Shown here piece by piece: positions 1 to 11,137 of a DNA stretch of 64,000 nucleotides. The stretch lies in IMG/VR virus record IMGVR_UViG_3300013426_000017, positions 32,001-96,000 of that record; one strand, given 5' to 3'. This stretch comes from a virus. Taxonomy: Duplodnaviria; Caudoviricetes. The position numbers were made by a program, and so were the translations under genes. Each line of letters begins with the position of its first letter. The stretch's first letter is position 1. A model generated the notes under the pieces. It searched no databases and was not told the origin of the DNA. It saw nothing but the letters and a program-made list of their open reading frames with translations.

Positions 1-218
1 CATTTATTGTAGATTGAGCTATTAAATAACTCTTTTTTCGTATCTATTGGTTGCAAAATATAAAAAAATATGTTATAATATTAAAAAAAGATAAAAATGC
101 AGGGCGCCAAGCTATAGGCTATGGCAATTTTATCTAAAAATATTATAAAAATAGGGCTAGTTTTAACTTTTTTATGGAAAATTTTTACTTTTTTGATAAT
201 ATAAAAAATAGCGAGGGA

Positions 219-1037
219 TTAATCCTCGCTATCATCCTCTATTAAATCATCCCAAGTAATAAAATAGCCATTAATACTATCTCTTTTATTTAAAAACCAA
301 TCTTTCATAGCCTACACTACTGAAAATTTAGTAGAAATGCCATATGTGCCGCAAGAAACAGGCTTGATGTGATATGACATGGTATTTCCTTCTTTATTCT
401 CACAAGGCTGTAATGCTTTAATCAATGAATATTCTATAACCTAGAATAATTCAGGGTCTATTGGTGAATCAGTTCCCAATATTTCTTGTAAATCTTCCTC
501 ACTAACTAATGGCTTAAATTCTATAGTAGCTATATCATACTTATGATACATAGGTTGCTGATTAGTGTGGCGAGTAAAGCCTTGGCGATGCTAGTCCCAG
601 CGCCCTTCGTAACCGTTAGCAGTATAGCCTATATATATCAATTCACCCTTGGAGTAGATGCCATATACACCAGTGCCGCCATTAAGTGAAGCAAAAGTAG
701 AGTTAAAATACATATCAGTAGTAGGTAGAGCATATACATTACCCTCACTATCTTGATAATGGTAATTATTAATTAGTGTTTTACCACTAGGAATATGTTT
801 ATAAATATCCCAATAGATATTGGGTGGTAAATGTAGATAGATGACACTACAAGGATGAGTAAATAGAGTTATCTAATCTTCTATTGTGGCAACATAATGC
901 CAAGCAATCTCATAGTTCTTCATAGTAGACTCACCTACGTTACCTCTAATAGTAGTGTAGATTTCTTTACCATCAGTAAATGTAATTATTAGCTTGTGAC
1001 CTTTAGTGTTAGGAATTTTTTCAAGTTTAACTTCCAT
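219..1037 (-). CDS. GIY-YIG nuclease-domain protein (272 aa, 4 in-frame TAG read as Gln)
   Basis: Manual translation from ATG at 1037 (RBS AGGAGG) to TAA at 219 is open apart from 4 TAG. Contains GVYGIYSKGELIYIGYT...RW(D)QH and a later LQPCEN motif typical of GIY-YIG. Confidence 0.8.
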
Positions 1038-1361
1038 AATTTTCCTCCTAATTTTTATTTTTTTTATATTATAACATAATTTATTTTTTATGTCAAATTT
1101 TTAAATGAATTTTTGAAATGAAATTTTGGTCTCGATTTGGGATACGAATATGGGATGTTTATAGCTTCGAGGGATACAAAGCTGGTCACCTCATATCGCA
1201 GTTTTTAATCTCCATCAAAATTTTTTAATACTATACTATAATTCAATTTTTATTTATTTATAATTTACTTCTACTAATCTAATTTATCTTTTACCCTTCT
1301 ATCATTCTTCTTACTTCCTCAAAAAATTTTTTTAACACTTTTATCCACGAACGAGCGGCCC

Positions 1362-1542
1362 GGTAACTTTATTACTTAATTGGATGAGCCACTTTGCGCG
1401 ATAGCGCAAAGGGGATTAGACTATTAAGTAATAAAGTTACCATATACTTATAAAAGAAAATATTAACCCTAAATTATTCTATCGCATAGCGATAGAATAA
1501 TTTAGGAGAAAATTTATTCTTGCGTAGCAAGAATAAATTTTC
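1362..1542. repeat. Three adjacent long inverted repeats (possible origin/cruciform region)
   Basis: 1362-1441 has 19-bp outer arms plus inner CTTTGCGC-GATA-GCGCAAAG. 1468-1506 has an 18-bp stem with ATA loop. 1508-1542 has a 16-bp stem with GTA loop. DnaA-box-like TTATCCACG at 1341-1349. Confidence 0.85.
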
Positions 1543-1685
1543 CTATTAAAGATAAAGTAATAATTATTAAAATAATAACCAAGTAAGGGTCACACCCCTC
1601 TATTGTCAGTTTCCCTATTCTATTTATAAGGATAAGGGTTTTTTAACAATTTAATTACTTCCACGCTGTCGTCTTTTTTAACAAC

Positions 1686-2300
1686 TCATTCTACAACATT
1701 CGTCATCCAATCTATCTAATAAATTGTCTTAATATTCTAGAATACATCCTTCTCTTGGACATAAGTAGTTAAAGAATATTTTATTAGCCCCAATTTCTCT
1801 AATACATACAATATATTAGTAATTGTATCATTAGTATCTCTATTCTTCAAACTTAATCCTACAAAAGCCTTAATCTAATCCAACTTAAACTAAAAAGGAT
1901 TACATCCATTAGCATAATAACAATTTAATAAATAAACATAAGTAGAAATAGTGCGTTCATTCAAAGTATCACATAAAATTTTTACTGTCTTGTTAGGAAC
2001 TAAAGCAGCCAAATTAGGTTCTAATTTAATTAACCAATAAGTATCCTTATCTCGTTCGGCTACTAAGCCTAACTCCTACAAATATTTAAATTTCGTAGAT
2101 AAAGTTTGGCGACTCATATTTAACTCATGAGCTAATTTAGAAAAATTAATCACTTTTTTAGAAAAATATCTCTTACCACTAATTTTCTCCATAACAGATT
2201 CATTCTATAAATAAGCATATAAAATATCATTATATTTTTTATTGGCACATATTTCTTTAGACTTAGGAATTTGCCGCGAATTCGGTTGAATCTCCAACAT
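1686..2300 (-). CDS. Winged-helix DNA-binding protein, putative replication initiator (204 aa, 6 in-frame TAG)
   Basis: ATG at 2300 with RBS GAAAGGAG. Open to TGA at 1686 when TAG=Gln. HTH-like NFSKLAHELNMSRQTLSTKFKYLQELGLV and a second ILYVLEKLGLIKY helix; flanked by iterons. Function is inference. Confidence 0.7.
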
Positions 2301-2316
2301 AATTCTCACTCCTTTC

Positions 2317-2423
2317 ATATAGATGTCGTCTTTTTTAACTATTTATATAGATGTCGTCTTTTTTAACAATTTATATAGATGTCGTCTTTTTTAACTTTTT
2401 AAATAGTGATGAGTTTTTTTAAC
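2317..2423. repeat. Iteron-like direct repeats, 23-bp unit, 28-bp period
   Basis: ATATAGATGTCGTCTTTTTTAAC at 2317, 2345 and 2373; degenerate fourth copy at 2401; partial copy TGTCGTCTTTTTTAAC at 1667-1682. Confidence 0.9.
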
Positions 2424-2561
2424 ACTTTTACTTAACATTTTTAATTACTTATAGATAATTCATCATACTTTTCCACCTTTCTTTATATATTATAAAAATT
2501 ACACCCAATACCTTAATATAACTTGTCCAAAATTTTTTAAATACATTATTAACAACTTTTT

Positions 2562-2774
2562 TTAACAACCCATAATATTCCACTCAGGCTATAGGATACG
2601 AATCAATTCTCTCTCCATTGCAAACAAATTCTTCCCCACATTGTCATACATAATAATAAAGTTATCATCAGTCAAATATGGTCTCTTCTCTTTATGTCGG
2701 CGCCGACGTGCCTCAAACCTATTAGAACAACCAACATACTTAATCTTACCTTCATACACAATAGCATAAACCAC
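2562..2774 (-). CDS. Small GIY-YIG domain protein (70 aa with TAG readthrough)
   Basis: MVYAIVYEGKIKYVGCS...R...H...ERELIRIL. Reading TAG(2589-2591) as Gln completes the LQPEWN motif and ends at TAA 2562. Confidence 0.8.
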
Positions 2775-2898
2775 ACTATGCGCTTCATGACAAATAGATG
2801 TCTAAAATCCCAGCAATTTATTCAAATGTTGATTTTTATAAAAAAATATTATATAATAATAATAGAAATAAAAAAATAAATAGAAAGGACTAATAAAT

Positions 2899-3720
2899 AT
2901 GAATGACCTTGAATCTATAATCCTCTCCCTCTTTGACGAAGGATATACCAAAAGCGAAATAGCCTCTCAACTCGACGAGACCTTGGCGAAGGCCAGCTCT
3001 GAGACCGAGAAGGCTAGACATAATGCGCTAGTAGCCAAGGACGCCGCCAATATCCATGCCGCAATAGCTAAGTATTATACCGACAAATATAATGACTCAA
3101 CTAGCCACTACTCCATCGAGGACATTACTGAACTACTGGATTCCCTTTATTCCGATGATATCTGTATCATTTGTGCCGATAACACTACTAATCCTGATAC
3201 CCTCGATGCCATAATCGAACGCATTAAAAGCGCATTTTACGACTATTGGTATTTCACTCATGATAATACTGAAATAGAAATCACTCCCGAAGAAATCACC
3301 TACATACTCGAAAGCTATTACAACCGCGACCATGATGAAACCACCCCTCAACTCCTCACCAACATTGCTGAACTTGTGGATGTCTACTTCACGCGCACTC
3401 GTAAAAATTATCATGGTCGAGAAATTTATAAATGGTTCCCCCATCCCGATGATTTCGCTGATTATCTTGATACCATTAATTTCCCTAACGCCAATCCATT
3501 CCACGATCCAAGTGAAACTTTGGCGCAGGCTATTGATACCTTCCTCGTCGAATCTATTGGCGATTATAAATCCGGCACTCTCGCTAAAATGTTTCCCGAG
3601 TCCAAGGATGTGGGCGATTATGTTCTCACCCTCTATAAATCATACAAATACCTTCAGACTCTTGGTCTCAATAATAAGACCAATTTCAGCGATATGCTCA
3701 ATGCAATATTCAATGCATAA
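2899..3720 (+). CDS. Hypothetical protein
   Basis: 273-aa ORF with RBS GAAAGGA and an upstream TTGATT-17-TATAAT promoter. Confidence 0.8.
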   Translation: MNDLESIILSLFDEGYTKSEIASQLDETLAKASSETEKARHNALVAKDAANIHAAIAKYYTDKYNDSTSHYSIEDITELLDSLYSDDICIICADNTTNPDTLDAIIERIKSAFYDYWYFTHDNTEIEITPEEITYILESYYNRDHDETTPQLLTNIAELVDVYFTRTRKNYHGREIYKWFPHPDDFADYLDTINFPNANPFHDPSETLAQAIDTFLVESIGDYKSGTLAKMFPESKDVGDYVLTLYKSYKYLQTLGLNNKTNFSDMLNAIFNA

Positions 3721-3724
3721 AGCC

Positions 3725-3758
3725 AATAGGTTAGTCAATTACGACTAACCTATTTTTT
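3725..3758. terminator. Intrinsic terminator between convergent genes
   Basis: AATAGGTTAGTC-aattac-GACTAACCTATT followed by a T run. Confidence 0.75.
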
Positions 3759-4326
3759 CATATACACCCAATTTAAATAACCAACCACCGACATAATTAC
3801 CAATGGTGGCGACCAAAGGTATCCAAATACTGCCAAACCCACAATTACTACTAAACCAATAGAAAGTATCAGCAATACAGTGGTCAGCGCCAATCATAAT
3901 AAACCCAGTAACACAAGCAATAGTTAACAACCATCTACCTATCCTATCACCCCAACCAAGAGCATGAGGGACCGTGGCGCAGGCCATCATAAATCCGCAC
4001 AAGACCGCCGATACACCGACGCACAAAGCGCCCGTCGCCAGTCTCCCCTCAATAATTGCACTACTGGCCAATCCGATTCCTACCCAAGGCTTACTTAACA
4101 GCGAACCAATGGCGCAACCTACAAAATTACCTATCCAAATAATTCCCAAGTTCTTCACTTTTGGCTCCAATACCATTCTACCAGTGAACAATTCTACGCC
4201 AAGTATAATGACGCCAATCAATCCTACAGAAAATGCTACAGCACCCGCCATTCCGCCAATAGATAAATAGGCCATGGCGCCAATGCTTATCAATATACCA
4301 GCTATCATACTTCTATTAAACAACAT
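3739..4326 (-). CDS. Formate/nitrite transporter (FNT)-like membrane protein
   Basis: SMIAGILISIG, FSVGL, ELFTG, WIGNFVG, FI..G.DHCIAD.FY and T.GN..GG are FNT-family motifs. The TAG end extends two codons to TAA 3739. Confidence 0.75.
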
Positions 4327-4618
4327 TTAATCATCTCCTTTGTTTATATTATAACAAAAAAATTTAGATTTTTCAAGACCTATGGCGCGCTTCCAATTTT
4401 TATTCCCATTATTGGACAAATAATAAAAAATATTATATAATATTATTATAAAGAATAAAGGAGGCATTAAATTATGAACGAACGCAAATTCAAATGTAAG
4501 CTATCTAATGGTCGCACAGTAATTATCACTGCGCCAAGTCCCGGCTCATTAAGACGATTAGCTATTCAGAAATATAATTCAACAATAGAAAATTTGCGTG
4601 AAGTGGAGGAAGTAACTG

Positions 4619-5359
4619 ATGCCTGTAGCGAAAAGTTATCAGAAATATGAGATACTATGCGAACCATTCATTGATAATGGGCGCAACTATGTAAATATTA
4701 AAAAGGACGGCTCCTTGAAAACCGTCAGATGGTATACTGACAAAGAATACTCATCTATGTATAAATTGCCTAAAAGTGGCGGCGCCAGCCTTGAGATCGC
4801 ACCATCTGGACCCTCGGCGCCAATAGTCAAAGATATTCTTGGATTTAAAAATGGGTTTATTACTCTCATAACCGGCCCCATAGAAGATTGGGAAAATTAT
4901 CTCAATATGTCCAACGCACGGTATCATAGAATATGGGGTTGGTATATAATTTCGACCGAGACCGTTCCCTCAGATTTGCCTGACGACCTCACTACGATAA
5001 CCCTCTCTTGGTCTCTCGTGGGCAATGAAGATGGCACTCTCCTCCCTGAAGATAAAGTGGCGGAAGCAGTAGAAGCCCTCAAATATCCCGCAACTCCCTC
5101 GCATTATGTGGGCGAAGTCGGTGATCGTCTCTCCCTTGATCTAACCGTCGCCAAAGCCATCCCCATAGAAACTGTCTGGGGTAAGTCTACCCTCCATGTA
5201 ATGGTAGATGCCAATGAGAATGAGTTCATCTGGAAAACCAATAGCAAGTCATGGGAAGTGGGCAGTCAGCGCCACATTAAGGGCACGGTAAAAGAGCATA
5301 AGATCTGGCGCAATAGTCAACAGACCTGGCTCACCAGATGTCAGGAGGTTAAAAATTGA
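4619..5359 (+). CDS. Phage protein with C-terminal OB-fold-like domain
   Basis: C-terminal VGEVGDRL...IKGTVKEH...QTWLTRC pattern resembles a common phage OB-like domain. Confidence 0.6.
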   Translation: MPVAKSYQKYEILCEPFIDNGRNYVNIKKDGSLKTVRWYTDKEYSSMYKLPKSGGASLEIAPSGPSAPIVKDILGFKNGFITLITGPIEDWENYLNMSNARYHRIWGWYIISTETVPSDLPDDLTTITLSWSLVGNEDGTLLPEDKVAEAVEALKYPATPSHYVGEVGDRLSLDLTVAKAIPIETVWGKSTLHVMVDANENEFIWKTNSKSWEVGSQRHIKGTVKEHKIWRNSQQTWLTRCQEVKN

Positions 5360-5721
5360 TAGCAGTATTTTTAATCGGCATCGCCACAATAGTTTCATTA
5401 CTATTGGACCTACCAGCATGGGTATTCGCCATTATAAATATGGCGGCCCTTATAGAGGCATGGTGGGCTACCAAACTCATGGAAGTCAGTGTTGAGGAAT
5501 TTAAAGTTCTATTGGATGAAACCACTAGTATAGTCCACAATAGTCTCCAAAAGACAGAGACTTGGTATAAATATCTCAATTCCACTGCTGATAAATTCAC
5601 GCCAGAAGAAATTGAATATTTCCATTTATTTACGGAAGAAGAGCTTGAGACGTTATATTATTTAGTAAAAACTCTACAAAAAGTAGAAGAGGTAGTAGAA
5701 GAAGAAAGCGAGGACGAATAA
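5356..5721 (+). CDS. Hypothetical membrane-anchored protein
   Basis: Hydrophobic N-terminus; overlaps the upstream stop; RBS AGGAGG. Confidence 0.65.
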   Translation: MIAVFLIGIATIVSLLLDLPAWVFAIINMAALIEAWWATKLMEVSVEEFKVLLDETTSIVHNSLQKTETWYKYLNSTADKFTPEEIEYFHLFTEEELETLYYLVKTLQKVEEVVEEESEDE

Positions 5722-5957
5722 TGGGTATTACCCCTCCTTGGTATGCTAATGATTATGATGCATTTAATTGCTACGCTATGAGCGAAGAAGCTAAACATAA
5801 TGTCTATCAATTAGGACTAGCTATACGTGGCGCCGCCAATAACTACCAAGAAGAAGTTCAAGAAGCCCTATGTCACACCTATTGTGGTTGTTCTATGGAC
5901 GATCTAACCGACGCCGAATTCGACTATCTCCAAAAGGTAGTAATGTATAGGGTTTGA
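5721..5957 (+). CDS. Hypothetical protein
   Basis: Translationally coupled ORF (TAATG overlap). Confidence 0.65.
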   Translation: MGITPPWYANDYDAFNCYAMSEEAKHNVYQLGLAIRGAANNYQEEVQEALCHTYCGCSMDDLTDAEFDYLQKVVMYRV

Positions 5958-5982
5958 CAAATAAAAAAATTTTTGATATAAT
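5954..5982 (+). promoter_or_regulatory. Sigma-70/sigma-A type promoter (representative of about 20 copies)
   Basis: TTGACA-17-TATAAT. The same TTGACA/TTGATT-N17-TATAAT AT-rich motif recurs near 2829, 6053, 7828, 9728, 11086, 13742, 15967, 18309, 18921, 19238, 19744, 36592, 37519, 41063, 42127, 43685, 45880, 50265, 55838 and 62003. Confidence 0.85.
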
Positions 5983-6115
5983 ATATTTATAACTAAAACC
6001 TCCATAATAATAAAGAATAGGGATAACTATACATAGGTATAGTTATCCCTATTTGATTTATATTAAAATATATTATATAATATTTATATAAAGTAAATGA
6101 AAGGGGCTTGCATAA

Positions 6116-7831
6116 ATGATTAATGATTTGACCCAACAGGACAAAGAACGAATTTTGGCGTGGGTGGCGAATTATGCGGAACTTGATAAAAACGCAAAGG
6201 GATATACTGTGGCGCCGGCCCCGATTAACGTGGAACCTATGCTGGTGGAATGGGATCGCGCCAAGCAATGGCTCTATCACCTGTTTGGCAACAAATTTAT
6301 TATATCAAAAAATATTGAATATTACAAGCCCTCTTACGATATTAGACAAGATATGTATCAGCGAGTAGTCAAAAATAACGACCTTCGTTACGCCATGGTC
6401 AAGAACTTCCCTAAGTATGAAGCTCAGAATCGCATCATTGAAATGTTCTTCGAGGAAAATCTCGTTGCTAACAAGTGCCCCTTCGATTATACCTTCACTA
6501 TACCCAACTCTGATGCCACTTATAGTGCCAAAAAGGGCATGAAAGTAACACGCGCCATAGCTAACCTCGCCAAAAAGCTAAACATTAATCATAATACCAT
6601 AGAAAGCTTCCTTATCGCTCAAAGTCAGGTAATGAACGATGCCAAGCTCACGGGCAAACTCTGCATTTCTATTCACCCTTTGGACTTCATGACCATGAGT
6701 GATAATGATTGCGGTTGGGATAGCTGTATGAAATGGCGCACCGATGGCTGTTATCGAGTGGGCACGATAGAAATGATGAATTCTCCTTGCGTAGTATGTG
6801 CTTATCTTGAATCTGAAAATCATAGTCTTAAAATACCTGGCGCCGACGCTTGGAATAGCAAAAAGTGGCGCGAGTTATTCATTGTTAATGATGACTTAAT
6901 AATGGAAATCAAGCCCTACCCCTACCACAATGACACTCTGACCAAGGAAGCTCTCAGTATGATTCGTGACCTCTATCCCAATGGTTATTTCAATGAACCT
7001 GAGTATATCTGCCCCTACGAATACCATAATTACTCGTGGGGTAAATGCAGTTTCGATTTCACTACGGATAAAATGTATAATGACATTTATGAGAATGATG
7101 GCGATGAGCATTGGGGCTGCGTGCGCAAGGAGGGCATAGACCCTAACTATTGTCTCAATTATAGTGGCGTGGCGACTTGTGCATACTGCGGCAAGCCCCT
7201 GATTGATTTGCATCATGAACATATTTTGCTTTGTGAAGAATGTCGCAAGCCAAATGTGATAGGGCATTGCGCAAAATGCGGATGTGATATTACTGACTTG
7301 AATCTGGGTATTCAGATTGGTGGGAAAATGTTTTGCGGCAAAGAAGCATGCCGGCCAAAAATACGGTCTGATTCTTTTATAGACACGACTAAAAATGATA
7401 TAGATGATCTAGCCAGTTATTGGTCGCACACTCGTCTATTAAAAGAGAATTGTAAACTCGTTTACCTTGCAAGGGAAAAAGACAACCCACAGCCTACTGA
7501 CGTCTCTAGCTATACTGAAACATCACGCCTATTTCTTGACCACAATACATTCCCTATTGGTTATCTGCCTCATTTCAAAAATGGCAAATGGTATTACAAC
7601 ATAGAAGATATAACCGAGTTTCGTCATTTATGCCCTTGGGGTCTCAGTGTGTCGTGCGCATCAAGAGATGCATACCTGCCTTACACTCATTTTATTGGAG
7701 ATAATGCTAATATGCCATTCTCTCTTGAAAATATGCTTAAATTATATTCCGAGGGAAAATTAGAGCGATTTATTGGATGCTATGATATAGATGTAATGGC
7801 ATATTTGGCAGCTAATAATGACTTTATTTGA
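6116..7831 (+). CDS. Conserved phage protein, paralog 1 (SIHPLDFMTMS...WNSKKWR family, Zn-ribbon tail)
   Basis: 571-aa ORF sharing motifs with 7892-9709 and 12090-13376. Confidence 0.85.
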   Translation: MINDLTQQDKERILAWVANYAELDKNAKGYTVAPAPINVEPMLVEWDRAKQWLYHLFGNKFIISKNIEYYKPSYDIRQDMYQRVVKNNDLRYAMVKNFPKYEAQNRIIEMFFEENLVANKCPFDYTFTIPNSDATYSAKKGMKVTRAIANLAKKLNINHNTIESFLIAQSQVMNDAKLTGKLCISIHPLDFMTMSDNDCGWDSCMKWRTDGCYRVGTIEMMNSPCVVCAYLESENHSLKIPGADAWNSKKWRELFIVNDDLIMEIKPYPYHNDTLTKEALSMIRDLYPNGYFNEPEYICPYEYHNYSWGKCSFDFTTDKMYNDIYENDGDEHWGCVRKEGIDPNYCLNYSGVATCAYCGKPLIDLHHEHILLCEECRKPNVIGHCAKCGCDITDLNLGIQIGGKMFCGKEACRPKIRSDSFIDTTKNDIDDLASYWSHTRLLKENCKLVYLAREKDNPQPTDVSSYTETSRLFLDHNTFPIGYLPHFKNGKWYYNIEDITEFRHLCPWGLSVSCASRDAYLPYTHFIGDNANMPFSLENMLKLYSEGKLERFIGCYDIDVMAYLAANNDFI

Positions 7832-7891
7832 TTTTTATTAAAAAATATAATATAATATATACATAAAGATGATAAAGGAGATGTCTGATTT

Positions 7892-9709
7892 ATGGATTTA
7901 AGAGACGTTCTGAGTGAACAAGACAAGACTCGACTGAAAAATTACATAAACATATATTCTGGCGCCAATATAGAATGCCAGGATGTAGACAAGGTTCTCG
8001 CAGAATGGGCCCGCGCCAAGGTAGACCTCTATCACATTCTTGGCGACCAGTTGATAGTAGATTTTCCATTTGAGTATCATCGTCTCCTGTCCGACATTTC
8101 CGATGAATGTTATATGGCCATCTATGGCTATGATGTGGTTAATCCTGCTTATTGTGAAATGTTCACAGCCCTCGATACCTATTGGAAACCATTATCAGGT
8201 GGAAAAGGTGCAATAGAAAATAATTCCATACATAATCATGAAGCATGGCCTAGCGCTATTTTCAACGATACCGAGATAATTGCAACTAATGTTCTCCCCG
8301 ACTGGATGGAAGGTTATAAGGTGCAGAATAAAGAAACTGGTAAGGAAGTCACTTTCCACAAGGGAGAGAAATATTTCCGTGCTCTTGGTAAGCTGATACA
8401 TAACTGCCCATTAAGTGATGAAGTATTTGAAAATTTTCGTATTAAGATGTCCCAGATTACTAATCAAAAGATTCTCAAGGGAACTATGTGTATTTCCATT
8501 CATCCTATGGATTATGTTACCATGAGTGACAACGATTATGATTGGGATAGTTGCATGAATTGGACCTCTGACGAAGGCGGTGACTATCGCCTGGGCACCG
8601 TAGAAATGATGAATTCACCTATGGTTGTGTGTGCCTACCTCAAGGGCGATAGAGAATTTCAGTGGGGTAACTATCATATTAGTAATGACCCAAATTACTG
8701 CTGGAATAGTAAGAAATGGCGTGAATTGTTCATTGTGCAGCCTGATTTTAATATTGAGGTTAAAGCATATCCCTATGATAATGAAGAATTTACTAAAGTT
8801 GTCATGGATAAGCTGGAAGAGTTGATGGGCAGCATCCACAAGGAAGAAATTTATTGGAATTATCAAACTTATTTTAATGATGGTAGTCTTGAGATTAAAT
8901 TTATAACTAATGACAATGGCATGTATAATGATTTTGGCACCTATAGGAATCAAAAGGGTCATCTTATGAGATACAATAAGAAGCTTGTGGGCGAGTGGAT
9001 GGCCAACAAATTTAATAGGAAATATATTAATTATAGTGGCGAGCCCCACTGTATGTGCTGCGGCACTCTGATTAATTCCTATGAAGCACAGAGTAATCAG
9101 GTAGTATGTGGTAATTGTGGTGACTATGTAGTTGAAACATGTTGTTGCTGTGGTTGTTCTATCTATAATAATGATGATGTCTATTGGAACTATGATGGTA
9201 GTAACCCTTATTGTTCTGAATGTTATAATGACATCTATATTCATGATGATATAACGGATGAAGACATCTATCGCACTGACGCAATCCAGTTCTGCCTCAT
9301 GGATCATGAAACGGCCCTTGATGATACTACTGTCGATACAGCTTTTGGCCCTAAATATAAGATAAATGATTACCTTAATCGAGCAGTAATGAATCATGCT
9401 ACCTATGATGAACTCATAAGTGAATTTGAACTCACTCCTCATATGACGGTTGACTATAGATGTATGAGTGCTTTTCCAGCTATTTATTACTATACTTTTG
9501 AGGAAATAGCACAGAATGATAATCTGCTTAATTTTTTTGGATTTGTCAAAGATGATGATAAATTCATTCAGGCGAGAGGTAAAAGTCATTATGCTGATGT
9601 CAGTGGGCAAGTTCTTAATTTTGAACAGCAAGTAGAAGCTTATAAAAAATATCATGAATTGGCTTGGTATCGTGAGCGCAAATCTTATATGGCGCCACAC
9701 AATACCTGA
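7892..9709 (+). CDS. Conserved phage protein, paralog 2
   Basis: 605 aa; SIHPMDYVTMS, WDSCM, YRLGTVEMM, WNSKKWR, CxxC repeats. Confidence 0.85.
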   Translation: MDLRDVLSEQDKTRLKNYINIYSGANIECQDVDKVLAEWARAKVDLYHILGDQLIVDFPFEYHRLLSDISDECYMAIYGYDVVNPAYCEMFTALDTYWKPLSGGKGAIENNSIHNHEAWPSAIFNDTEIIATNVLPDWMEGYKVQNKETGKEVTFHKGEKYFRALGKLIHNCPLSDEVFENFRIKMSQITNQKILKGTMCISIHPMDYVTMSDNDYDWDSCMNWTSDEGGDYRLGTVEMMNSPMVVCAYLKGDREFQWGNYHISNDPNYCWNSKKWRELFIVQPDFNIEVKAYPYDNEEFTKVVMDKLEELMGSIHKEEIYWNYQTYFNDGSLEIKFITNDNGMYNDFGTYRNQKGHLMRYNKKLVGEWMANKFNRKYINYSGEPHCMCCGTLINSYEAQSNQVVCGNCGDYVVETCCCCGCSIYNNDDVYWNYDGSNPYCSECYNDIYIHDDITDEDIYRTDAIQFCLMDHETALDDTTVDTAFGPKYKINDYLNRAVMNHATYDELISEFELTPHMTVDYRCMSAFPAIYYYTFEEIAQNDNLLNFFGFVKDDDKFIQARGKSHYADVSGQVLNFEQQVEAYKKYHELAWYRERKSYMAPHNT

Positions 9710-9818
9710 GCAAATTAATTCCCCAGTTGATTTTTATTAAAAAATATAATATAATATATTTGTAAGTTAAAGAAAGAAATAAAATTAATTAAAGAAATGA
9801 AAAAGGAGAAAAAAAATT

Positions 9819-10217
9819 ATGAAAAAGTTTACTAACAAGGATCGTTACACCGCAATTATCGCAACTCTGACTGGCGCTGAGGCTGAAATTTCTACCGATG
9901 AGCTTGTTGAGTTCTGCCAGAAGCAGATTGATGCGCTTGACCGCAAGTCTGTTAAGGCCAAGGAGAAGGCTGATGCCCGCAAGGAGGCACTCGACGAGCT
10001 GACCGATACCATCTATGATATTCTCACTGATGTGCCTATGACTATTGGTCAGATTCTCGAGATTCTGGACAATGACGAGCTGACTAACGCTAAGATTTCC
10101 AACCGTTGCTCGAAGCTCGCCAAGGCTGGCAAGGCCGTTAAGAGCGAGGTTTCCATCCCTGCTGATAAGGAAGCTGGCACCAAGGCTCGTAAGTTGGTTG
10201 CATACGCAAGGGCTTAA
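9819..10217 (+). CDS. Putative winged-helix DNA-binding protein
   Basis: PMTIGQIL...LTNAKISNRCSKLAKAG pattern; strong RBS; biased codon usage suggests high expression. Confidence 0.6.
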   Translation: MKKFTNKDRYTAIIATLTGAEAEISTDELVEFCQKQIDALDRKSVKAKEKADARKEALDELTDTIYDILTDVPMTIGQILEILDNDELTNAKISNRCSKLAKAGKAVKSEVSIPADKEAGTKARKLVAYARA

Positions 10218-10315
10218 TTTAATATAAATAGTTGGGGGTAGCTATTTTAAGCTACCCTCTTGACATATTTATGGTAGTATGATATAATAAAAGAAAAAGC
10301 TATCGGAGTGATATA

Positions 10316-11089
10316 ATGAAATATTGTTTAAATAGTAATGTGGGGCCGGCCCTGCTCAATGAGGCAGACGAGATAGCTATCACCAAAGAGGATTTCGGTT
10401 CTGTCTACATGATCGCTGGACGTTATCCCAATGCCACTATAATTGTGCCGGAGCCTATTGATGAATTTGACTGGGATGGTCTCAAGGCGCTAAGCGAAGC
10501 GTTCCCCAATAGAATCATGGTTTGTGTGGCGCATGCCTATGCTTTGAAAATGTGCGCTGAGATGGAAATACCATTTTTCTATCGTTATGCAGTAACCTCA
10601 TTCCAAGAGGTTAGATCGCTAAAAGAACTTGGCGCCGCCTATATCGTAGTCGCGCCTCCGCTGTTCTTTCAACTGGATAAGGTCAAGGCGCTCGGCGTCC
10701 CTGTAAGAGCGTGTCCTAATAAAGGTAGCGACTTGGGAATTTTATCTGCCAGTTTTGCCCATGATTCATGGATTTTGCCCAAGGAAATAGATGAATATGA
10801 GGATTACATAGATACTTTGTATTTCGTGGGCAAGACACCTGATGCAGAAGCGACGCTATATAAGATTTATTCTAAGGATAAGCGTTGGCTTGCATCACTT
10901 GATATGGTAATACCTGATTGCCCTACGGATACATTTGAATCAGGTATTATTGAACCAATGGCGCCACGTCGCATTAAATGTGGTCAAGTATGCGAAATAG
11001 ATGGTCGCTGTCATTTCTGTGAGAACGCGCTCAAGACAGCCAGCGGCGCCACATTGCGATACTATAACGCGCAAAAAGAGAAAAGTTGA
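10316..11089 (+). CDS. Hypothetical protein with C-terminal Cys cluster (possibly U32-peptidase-like Fe-S protein)
   Basis: CGQVCEIDGRCHFC C-terminal cluster. Family assignment is tentative. Confidence 0.5.
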   Translation: MKYCLNSNVGPALLNEADEIAITKEDFGSVYMIAGRYPNATIIVPEPIDEFDWDGLKALSEAFPNRIMVCVAHAYALKMCAEMEIPFFYRYAVTSFQEVRSLKELGAAYIVVAPPLFFQLDKVKALGVPVRACPNKGSDLGILSASFAHDSWILPKEIDEYEDYIDTLYFVGKTPDAEATLYKIYSKDKRWLASLDMVIPDCPTDTFESGIIEPMAPRRIKCGQVCEIDGRCHFCENALKTASGATLRYYNAQKEKS

Positions 11090-11137
11090 TTTTTTAATTA
11101 TTTTATGATATAATATTATTATAAAATGATATAGAAA

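Noticed and set aside
2317-2423. Possible CRISPR array
   Set aside because: The 23-bp units are separated by only 5 nt, with no unique spacers and no cas genes; iteron-like instead.
8615-9700. 361-aa minus-strand ORF (also 21250-21864, 21524-22165, 26892-27491 and similar)
   Set aside because: Antisense shadows of well-supported plus-strand genes; no RBS or motifs.
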